The notes under the pieces: model-generated | Database searches by the model: none | What the model was told of the DNA's origin: nothing | What the model saw: the letters and a program-made list of their open reading frames with translations, nothing else | DNA from: Eledone cirrhosa | Lineage: Eukaryota | Assembly (NCBI GenBank): GCA_964016885.1 | Contig: OZ024742.1 | Coordinates: 185,256,001 to 185,320,000 of the forward strand | DNA length: 64,000 bases | Reading direction: 5' to 3' | Part shown: piece by piece, positions 1 through 9,700 of the stretch | How the letters are laid out: every line of letters begins with the position of its first letter | Position numbering within the stretch: position 1 is the stretch's first letter | Translations under genes and position numbers: made by a program

Positions 1-304
1 TTGGGGTTAAGTTAAGTTGGGGTTAAGTTAAGTTGGGGTTAATTTAAGTTTTGGTTAAGTTAAGTTGGGGCTGAGTTAAGTTGGCGTCAAGTTAAGTTGG
101 GGTTGAGTTAAGAAGGGGTTAAGTTAACTTGGGGTTAAGTTAACTTGGGGTTAAGTTAAGTTGGGGTTAAGTTAAGTTGGGGTTAAGTTAAGTTGGGGTT
201 AAGATAAGTTGGGGTTAAGTTAAGTTGGGGTTGAGTTAAGTTGGGGTTGAGTTAATTTGGGGTTAAGTTAAGTTGGGGTTAACTTAAGTTGGGGTTCAGT
301 TAAG

Positions 305-3300
305 TTGGCGTTCAGTTAAGTTGCGGTGAAGTTAAGTTGGGGTTAACTTAAGTCGGGGTTAAGTTAAGTTGGGGTTAAGTTAAGTTGGGGTCAAGTTAAG
401 TTGGGGTTAAGTTAAGTTGGGGTTATGTTAAGTTGGGGTTAAGTTAAGTTGGGGTTAAGTTAAGTCGGGGTTAAGTTAAGTTGGGGTTAAGTTAAGTTGG
501 GGTTAAGTTAAGTTGGGGTCAAGTTAAGTTGGGGTTAAGTTAAGTTGGGGTTAAGTTAAGTCGCGGTTAAGTTAAGTTGGGGTTAAGTTAAGATGGGGTT
601 AAGTTAAGTTGGGGTTAAGTTAAGTTGGGGTTAAGATAAGTTGGGGTTAAGTTAAGTTGGGGTTGAGTTAAGTTGGGGTTGAGTTAATTGGGGTTAAGTT
701 AAGTTGGGGTTAACTTAAGTTGGGTTTAAGTTAAGTTGGGGTTAAGTTAAGTTGGGGTTAAATTAAGTTGGGGTTAAGATAAGTTGGGGTTAAGTTAAGT
801 CGGTGTTAAGTTAAGTCGGGGTTAAGTTAAGTTCGGGTTAAGTTAACTTGCTGTTAAGTTAAGTTGGGGCTCAGTTAAGTTGGGGTTGAGTTAAGTTGGG
901 GTCAAGTTAAGTTGGGACTAAGCTAAGTTGGGGTTAAGTTAAGTTGGGGTTAAGTTAAGTTGGCGCTAAGTTAAGTGAAGGTTAAGTTAAGTTGGGGTTG
1001 AGTTAAGTTGGGGTTAAGTTAAGTTGGGGTTGAGTTAAGTTGGGGTTGAGTTAAGTTGGGGTTACGTTAAGTTGGGGTTAAGTTAAGTTGGGGTTAAGTT
1101 AAGTTTAGGTTAACTTAAGTTGGGGTTAAGTTAAGTTGGGGTTAAGTTAAGTTGGGGCTAAGTTAAGTTGGGGCTAAGTTAAGTTGGGGCTAAGTTAAGT
1201 TGGGGTTAAGTTAAGGTGGGGTTTAGTTAAGTTGGGGTTGAGTTAAGTTAGGGTTGAGTTAAGTTGGGGTTAAGTTAAGTTGGGGTTAAGTTAAGTTAGG
1301 GTTAACTTAAGTTGGGGTTAAGTTAAGTTGGGGTTGAGTTAAGTTGGGGTTTAATTAAGTTGGGGTTAAGTTAAGTTGGGGTTGAGTTAAGTTGGGCTTG
1401 AGTTAAGTTGGGGTTGAGTTAAGTTGGGCTTATCTTAAGTTGGGGTTAATTTAAGATGGGGTTAAGTTAAGTTGGGGTTAAGTTAATTTGGGGTTAAGTT
1501 AAGTTGGGGTTAAGTTAAGTTGGGGTTATGTTAAGTTGGGGTTAAGTTAAGTTGAGGTTAACTTAAGTTGGGGTTAAGTTAAGTTGGGGTTAAGTTAAGT
1601 TGGGGCTAAGTTAAGTTGGGGCTAAGTTAAGTTGGGGTTAAGTTAAGTTGGGGTTAAGTTAAGTTGGGGTCAACTTAAGTTGGGGCTAAGTTAAGTTGGG
1701 GTTAAGTTAAGTTGCGGCTAAGTTAAGTTGGGGTTAAGTTAAGTTGGGGTTAAATTAAGTTGGGGTCAACGTAAGTTGGGGTTAAGTTAAGTTGGGGTTA
1801 AGGTAATTTGGGGGTAAGTTAAGTTGGGGTTAAGTTAAGTTGGGGTTAAGTTAAGTTGGGGTTAAGTTAAGTTGGGGCTGAGTTAAGTTGGGGCTGTGTT
1901 AAGTTGGGGTTAAGTTAAGTTGGGGTTAAGTTAAGTTGGGGTTAAGTTGGGGTTAAATTAAGTTGGGGTTAATTTAAGTTGGGGTTAAGTTAAGTTGGGT
2001 TTAGGTTAAGTTGGGGTTGAGTTAAGTTGGGGTTAAGTTAAGTTGGGGTTAATTTAAGTTGGGGTTAAGTTAAGTTGGGGCTGAGTTAAGTTGGGGTTAA
2101 GTTAAGTTGGGGTTGAGTTAAGTTGGGGTTAAGTTAAGTTGGGGTTAAGTTAAGTCGGGGTTAAGTTAAGTTGGGGTTAAGTTAAGTTGGGGTTAAGTTA
2201 AGTTGGGGTTAAGTTAAGTTGGGGTTAAGTTAAGTTGGGGTTAAGATAAGTTGGGGTTAAGTTAAGTTGGGGTTGAGTTAAGTTGGGGTTGAGTTAATTT
2301 GGGGTTAAGTTAAGTTGGGGTTAACTTAAGTTGGGGTTCAGTTAAGTTGGCGTTCAGTTAAGTTGCGGTGAAGTTAAGTTGGGGTTAACTTAAGTCGGGG
2401 TTGAGTTAAGTTGGGGTTAAGTTAAGTTGGGGTCAAGTTAAGTTGGGGTTAAGTTAAGTTGGGGTTATGTTAAGTTGGGGTTAAGTTAAGTTGGGGTTAA
2501 GTTAAGTCGGGGTTAAGTTAAGTTGGGGTTAAGTTAAGTTGGGGTTAAGTTAAGTTGGGGTCAAGTTAAGTTGGGGTTAAGTTAAGTTGGGGTTAAGTTA
2601 AGTCGCGGTTAAGTTAAGTTGGGGTTAAGTTAAGATGTGGTTAAGTTAAGTTGGGGTTAAGTTAAGTTGGGGTTAAGATAAGTTGGGGTTAAGTTAAGTT
2701 GGGGTTGAGTTAAGTTGGGGTTGAGTTAATTGGGGTTAAGTTAAGTTGGGGTTAACTTAAGTTGGGTTTAAGTTAAGTTTGGGTTAAGTTAAGTTGGGGT
2801 TAAATTAAGTTGGGGTTAAGATAAGTTGGGGTTAAGTTAAGTCGGGGTTAAGTTAAGTCGGGGTTAATTTAAGTTGGGGTTAAGTTAACTTGGTGTTAAG
2901 TTAAGTTGGGGCTCAGTTAAGTTGGGGTTGAGTTAAGTTGGGGTCAAGTTAAGTTGGGACTAAGCTAAGTTGGGGTTAAGTTAAGTTGGGGTTAAGTTAA
3001 GTTGTCGCTAAGTTAAGTGAAGGTTAAGTTAAGTTGGGGTTGAGTTAAGTTGGGGTTAATTTAAGTTGGGGTTGAGTTAAGTTGGGGTTGAGTTAAGTTG
3101 GGGTTGAGTTAAGTTGGGGTTACGTTAAGTTGGGGTTAAGTTAAGTTGGGGTTAAGTTAAGTTTAGGTTAACTTAAGTTGGGGTTAAGTTAAGTTGGGGT
3201 TAAGTTAAGTTGGGGCTAAGTTAAGTTGGGGCTAAGTTAAGTTGGGGCTAAGTTAAGTTGGGGTTAAGTTAAGGTGGGGTTTAGTTAAGTTGGGGTTGAG

Positions 3301-4639
3301 TTAAGTTGGGGTTGAGTTAAGTTGGGGTTAAGTTAAGTTGGGGTTAAGTTAAGTTACGGTTAACTTAAATTGGGGTTAAGTTAAGTTGGGGTTGAGTTAA
3401 GTTGGGGTTTAATTAAGTTGGGGTTGAGTTAAGTTGGGGTTGAGTTAAGTTGGGCTTGAGTTAAGTTGGGGTTGAGTTAAGTTGGGCTTATCTTAAGTTG
3501 GGGTTAATTTAAGATGGGGTTAAGTTAAGTTGGGGTTAAGTTAATTTGGGGTTAAGTTAAGTTGGGGTTAAGTTAAGTTGGGGTTATGTTAAGTTGGGGT
3601 TAAGTTAAGTTGAGGTTAACTTAAGTTGGGGTTAAGTTAAGTTGGGGTTAAGTTAAGTTGGGGCTAAGTTAAGTTGGGGCTAAGTTAAGTTGGGGTTAAG
3701 TTAAGTTGGGGTTAAGTTAAGTTGGGGTCAACGTAAGTTGGGGTTAAGTTAAGTTGGGGTTAAGTTAATTTGGTGGTAAGTTAAGTTGGGGTTAAGTTAA
3801 GTTGGGGTTAAGTTAAGTTGGGGTTAAGTTAAGTTGGGGCTGAGTTAAGTTGGGGCTGTGTTAAGTTGGGGTTCAGTTAAGTTGGGGTTAAGTTGGGGTT
3901 AAATTAAGTTGGGGTTAATTTAATTTGGGGTTAAGTTAAGTTGGGTTTAGGTTAAGTTGGGGTTGAGTTAAGTTGGGGTTAAGTTAAGTTGGGGTTAATT
4001 TAAGTTGGGGTTAAGTTAAGTTGGGGCTGAGTTAAGTTGGGGTTAAGTTAAGTTGGGGTTGAGTTAAGTTGGGGTTAAGTTAAGTTGGGGTTAAGTTAAG
4101 TTGGGGTTAAGTTAATTTGGGGGTAAGTTAAGTTGGGGTTAAGTTAAGTTGGGGTTAAGTTAAGTTGGGGTTAAGTTAAGTTGGGGCTGAGTTAAGTTGG
4201 GGCTGTGTTAAGTTGGGGTTAAGTTAAGTTGGGGTTAAGTTAAGTTGGGGTTAAGTTGGGGTTAAATTAAGTTGGGGTTAATTTAAGTTGGGGTTAAGTT
4301 AAGTTGGGTTTAGGTTAAGTTGGGGTTAAGTTAAGTTGGGGTTAATTTAAGTTGGGGTTAAGTTAAGTTGGGGCTGAGTTAAGTTGGGGTTAAGTTAAGT
4401 TGGGGTTGAGTTAAGTTGGGGTTAAGTTATGTTGGGGTTAAGTTAAGTCGGGGTTAAGTTAAGTTGGGGTTAAGTTAAGTTGGGGTTAAGTTAAGTTGGG
4501 GTTAAGTTAAGTTGGGGTAAAGTTAAGTTGGGGTTAAGATAAGTTGGGGTTAAGTTAAGTTGGGGTTGAGTTAAGTTGGGGTTGAGTTAATTTGGGGTTA
4601 AGTTAAGTTGGGGTTAACTTAAGTTGGGGTTCAGTTAAG
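305..4639 (+). repeat. Higher-order repeat type A (2,042 bp, 128 monomers), two adjacent copies; the second is lengthened to 2,293 bp
   Basis: Marker TTGGCGTTCAG-TTAAG-TTGCGGTGAAG is at 305, 2347 and 4640. Marker TTG(G/T)CGCTAAG-TTAAG-TGAAGG is at 960, 3002 and 5295, always 655 bp after the first marker. TTGGGCTTATC is at 1424 and 3482. 2042 = 128x16 - 5 (one 11-mer) - 1 (one 15-mer). Confidence 0.9.
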
Positions 4640-5387
4640 TTGGCGTTCAGTTAAGTTGCGGTGAAGTTAAGTTGGGGTTAACTTAAGTCGGGGTTAAGTT
4701 AAGTTGGGGTTAAGTTAAGTTGGGGTCAAGTTAAGTTGGGGTTAAGTTAAGTTGGGGTTATGTTAAGTTGGGGTTAAGTTAAGTTGGGGTTAAGTTAAGT
4801 CGGGGTTAAGTTAAGTTGGGGTTAAGTTAAGTTGGGGTTAAGTTAAGTTGGGGTCAAGTTAAGTTGGGGTTAAGTTAAGTTGGGGTTAAGTTAAGTCGCG
4901 GTTAAGTTAAGTTGGGGTTAAGTTAAGATGGGGTTAAGTTAAGTTGGGGTTAAGTTAAGTTGGGGTTAAGATAAGTTGGGGTTAAGTTAAGTTGGGGTTG
5001 AGTTAAGTTGGGGTTGAGTTAATTGGGGTTAAGTTAAGTTGGGGTTAACTTAAGTTGGGTTTAAGTTAAGTTGGGGTTAAGTTAAGTTGGGGTTAAATTA
5101 AGTTGGGGTTAAGATAAGTTGGGGTTAAGTTAAGTCGGGGTTAAGTTAAGTCGGGGTTAAGTTAAGTTGGGGTTAAGTTAACTTGGTGTTAAGTTAAGTT
5201 GGGGCTCAGTTAAGTTGGGGTTGAGTTAAGTTGGGGTCAAGTTAAGTTGGGACTAAGCTAAGTTGGGGTTAAGTTAAGTTGGGGTTAAGTTAAGTTGGCG
5301 CTAAGTTAAGTGAAGGTTAAGTTAAGTTGGGGTTGAGTTAAGTTGGGGTTAAGTTAAGTTGGGGTTAATTTAAGTTAGGGTTAAGTT

Positions 5388-8300
5388 AAGCTTGGGTTAA
5401 GTTAAGTTGGGGTTGAGTTAATTTGGGGTTGAGTTAAGTTGGGGTTGAGTTAAGTTGGGGTTGAGTTAAGTTGGGGTTAAGTTAAGTTGGGGTTAACTTA
5501 AGTTGGGGTTAAGTTAAGTTGGGGTCAATTTAAGTTGAGGTTAAGTTAACTTGGGATTAAGTTAAGTTGGGGTTAACTTAAATTGAGGTTAAGTTAAGTT
5601 GGGGTTAAGTTAAGTTGGGGGTAAGTTAAGTTGGGGGTAAGTTAAGTTTGGGTTAAGTTGGGGTTAAGTTAAGTTAGGGTTAAGTTACGTTGGGGTTGAG
5701 TTAAGTTGGGGTTAATTTAAATTGGGGTTAAGTTAACTTTGGGGTTAAGTTAAGTTGGGGTTAAGTTAAGTTGAGCTAAAGTTAAGTTGAGGTTAAGTTA
5801 AGTTGGGGTTAAGTTAAGTTGGGGTTAAATTAAGCTGGGTTGAAGTTAAGTTGGGGTTAAGTTAAGTTGGGGTTAAGTTAAGTTGGGGTTAAGTTAAGTC
5901 GGGGTTAAGTTAATTTGGGGTTCAGTTAAGTTGGGGTTAAGTTAAGTTGGGGCTTAGTTAAGTTGGGGTTAAGTTAAGTTGTGGTTAAGTTAAGTTGGGG
6001 TTAAGTTAAGTCGGGGTTAAGTTAAGTCGGGGTTAAGTTAAGTTGTGGTTAAGTTAAGTTGGGGTTAAGTTAAGTTGGGGTTAAGTTAAGTTAGGGATAA
6101 GCTAAGTTGGCGTTAAGTTAAGTTGGGGTTAAGTTAAGTTGGGGTTAAGTTAAGTTGTGGTTAAGTTAAGTTGGGGCTGAGTTAAGTTGGGGTCAAGTTA
6201 AGTTGGGGTTTAGTTAAGTTGGGGTTAAGTTAACTTGGGGTTAATTTAAGTTGGGGTTAAGTCAAATTGGGTTTGAGTTAAGTTAGGGTTAAGTTACGTT
6301 GGGGTTAAGTTAAGTTGGGGTTAAGTTAAGTTGGGGTTAAGTTAAGTTGGGGTTAAGTTAAGTTGAGGTTAAGTTAAGTTGGGTTTAAATTCAGTTGGGG
6401 TTAAGTTAAGTTGGGGTTAAGTTAAGTTGGGGATAAGTTAAGTTGAGTTTAAGTTAAGTTGGAGTTAATTTAAGTTGAGGTTAAGTTAAGTTGTGGTTAA
6501 GTTAAGTTGGGGTTAAGTTAAGTTGGGGTTAAGTTAAGTTGGGGTTCAGTTAAGTTGGGGTTAAGTTAAGTAGGGGTTAAGTTGGCGTTAAATTAAGTTG
6601 GGGTTAAGTTAAGTTGGGGTTAAGTTAAGTTGGGGTTAAGTTAAGTTGGGGTTAAGTTAAGTTGGGGTTAAGATAAGTTGGGGTTAAGATAAGTTGGGGT
6701 TAAGTTAAGTTGGGGTTGAGTTAAGTTGGGGTTGAGTTAATTGGGGTTAAGTTAAGTTGGGGTTAACTTAAGTTGGGTTTAAGTTAAGTTGGGGTTAAGT
6801 TAAGTTGGGGTTAAATTAAGTTGGGGTTAAGATAAGTTGGGGTTAAGTTAAGTCGGGGTTAAGTTAAGTCGGGGTTAAGTTAAGTTGGGGTTAAGTTAAC
6901 TTGGTGTTAAGTTAAGTTGGGGCTCAGTTAAGTTGGGGTTGAGTTAAGTTGGGGTCAAGTTAAGTTGGGACTAAGCTAAGTTGGGGTTAAGTTAAGTTGG
7001 GGTTAAGTTAAGTTAGGGTTAAGTTAAGCTTGGGTTAAGTTAAGTTGGGGTTGAGTTAATTTGGGGTTGAGTTAAGTTGGGGTTGAGTTAAGTTGGGGTT
7101 GAGTTAAGTTGGGGTTAAGTTAAGTTGGGGTTAACTTAAGTTGGGGTTAAGTTAAGTTGGGGTCAATTTAAGTTGAGGTTAAGTTAACTTGGGATTAAGT
7201 TAAGTTGGGGTTAACTTAAATTGAGGTTAAGTTAAGTTGGGGTTAAGTTAAGTTGGGGGTAAGTTAAGTTGGGGGTAAGTTAAGTTTGGGTTAAGTTGGG
7301 GTTAAGTTAAGTTAGGGTTACGTTACGTTGGGGTTGAGTTAAGTTGGGGTTAATTTAAATTGGGGTTAAGTTAACTTTGTGGATAAGTTAAGTTGGGGTT
7401 AAGTTAAGTTGAGGTTAAGTTAAGTTGAGGTTAAGTTAAGTTGGGGTTAAGTTAAGTTGGGGTTAAATTAAGCTGGGTTGAAGTTAAGTTGGGGTTAAGT
7501 TAAGTTGGGGTTAAGTTAAGTTGGGGTTAAGTTAAGTTGGGGTTAAGTTAAGTCGGGGTTAAGTTAATTTGGGGTTCAGTTAAGTTGGGGTTAAGTTAAG
7601 TTGGGGCTTAGTTAAGTTGGGGTTAAGTTAAGTTGTGGTTAAGTTAAGTTGGGGTTAAGTTAAGTCGGGGTTAAGTTAAGTCGGGGTTAAGTTAAGTTGT
7701 GGTTAAGTTAAGTTGGGGTTAAGTTAAGTTGGGGTTAAGTTAAGTTAGGGATAAGCTAAGTTGGCGTTAAGTTAAGTTGGGGTTAAGTTAAGTTGGGGTT
7801 AAGTTAAGTTGTGGTTAAGTTAAGTTGGGGCTGAGTTAAGTTGGGGTCAAGTTAAGTTGGGGTTTAGTTAAGTTGGGGTTAAGTTAACTTGGGGTTAATT
7901 TAAGTTGGGGTTAAGTCAAATTGGGTTTGAGTTAAGTTAGGGTTAAGTTAAGTTGTGGTTAAGTTAAGTTGGGGTTAAGTTAAGTTGGGGTTAAGTTAAG
8001 TTGGGGTTAAATTAAGCTGGGTTTAAGTTAAGTTGGGGTTAAGTTAAGTTGGGGTTAAGTTAAGTTGGGGTTAAGTTAAGTTGAGGTTAAGTTAAGTTGG
8101 GGTTAAATTCAGTTGGGGTTAAGTTAAGTTGGGGTTAAGTTAAGTTGGGGATAAGTTAAGTTGAGTTTAAGTTAAGTTGGAGTTAATTTAAGTTGAGGTT
8201 AAGTTAAGTTGTGGTTAAGTTAAGTTGGGGTTAAGTTAAGTTGGGGTTAAGTTAAGTTGGGGTTCAGTTAAGTTGGGGTTAAGTTAAGTAGGGGTTAAGT

Positions 8301-9700
8301 TGGCGTTAAATTAAGTTGGGGTTAAGTTAAGTTGGGGTTAAGTTAAGTTGGGGTTAAGTTAAGTTGGGGTTAAGTTAAGTTGGGGTTAAGTTAAGTTGGG
8401 GTTAAGATAAGTTGGGGTTAAGATAAGTTGGGGTTAAGTTAAGTTGGGGTTGAGTTGAGTTGGGGTTGAGTTAATTGGAGTTAAGTTAAGTTGGGGTTAA
8501 CTTCAGTTGGGTTTAAGTTAAGTTGGGGTTAAGTTAAGTTGGGGTTAAATTAAGTTGGGGTTAAGATAAGTTGGGGTTAAGTTAAGTCGGGGTTAAGTTA
8601 AGTCGGGGTTAAGTTAAGTTGGGGTTAAGTTAACTTGGTGTTAAGTTAAGTTGGGGCTTAGTTAAGTTGGGGTTGAGTTAAGTTGGGGTCAAGTTAAGTT
8701 GGGACTAAGCTAAGTTGGGGTTAAGTTAAGTTGGGGTTAAGTTAAGTTGGCGCTAAGTTAATTGAAGGTTAAGTTAAGTTGGGGTTGAGTTAAGTTGGGG
8801 TTAAGTTAAGTTGGGGTTAAGTTAAGTTAGGGTTAAGTTAAGCTTGGGTTAAGTTAAGTTGGGGTTGAGTTAATTTGGGGTTGAGTTAAGTTGGGGTTGA
8901 GTTAAGTTGGGGTTGAGTTAAGTTGGGGTTAAGTTAAGTTGGGGTTAACTTAAGTTGGGGTTAAGTTAAGTTGGGGTCAATTTAAGTTGAGGTTAAGTTA
9001 ACTTGGGATTAAGTTAAGTTGGGGTTAACTTAAATTGAGGTTAAGTTAAGTTGGGGTTAAGTTAAGTTGGGGGTAAGTTAAGTTGGGGGTAAGTTACGTT
9101 GGGGTTGAGTTAAGTTGGGGTTAAGTTAAGTTGGGGTTAAGTTAAGTTGGGGTTAAGTTAAGTCGGGGTTAAGTTAATTTGGGGTTCAGTTAAGTTGGGG
9201 TTAAGTTAAGTTGGGGCTGAGTTAAGTTGGGGTCAAGTTAAGTTGGGGTTGAGTTAAGTTGGGGTTAAGTTAACTTGGGGTTAATTTAAGTTGGGGTTAA
9301 GTCAAATTGGGTTTGAGTTAAGTTAGGGTTAAGTTAAGTTGGGGTTAAGTTAAGTTGGGGTTAAGTTAAGTTGGGGTTAAGTTAAGTTGGGGTTAAATTA
9401 AGCTGGGTTTAAGTTAAGTTGGGGTTAAGTTAAGTTGGGGTTAAGTTAAGTTGGGGTTAAGTTAAGTTGAGGTTAAGTTAAGTTGGGGTTAAATTCAGTT
9501 GGGGTTAAGTTAAGTTGGGGTTAAGTTAAGTTGGGGATAAGTTAAGTTGAGTTTAAGTTAAGTTGGAGTTAATTTAAGTTGAGGTTAAGTTAAGTTGTGG
9601 TTAAGTTAAGTTGGGTTAAGTTAAGTTGGGGTTAAGTTAAGTTGGGGTTCAGTTAAGTTGGGGTTAAGTTAAGTAGGGGTTAAGTTGGGGTTAAATTAAG
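5388..9700 (+). repeat. Higher-order repeat type B (about 1,654 bp, 104 monomers), two full copies and one internally deleted copy
   Basis: AAGCTTGGG is at 5388, 7026 and 8840. TTAGGGATAAGCTAAG is at 6091 and 7745 (offset 1654). GTCAAATTGGGTTTGAG is at 6261, 7915 and 9301 (offsets 1654, 1386). Confidence 0.85.

Noticed and set aside
305-2346. Special meaning of 128 = 2^7 monomers (successive doubling or encoded information)
   Set aside because: I saw no internal 64- or 32-monomer sub-periodicity of markers, and other copies differ by whole monomers (2021, 2037, 2058, 2293 bp), so the number is probably coincidental.
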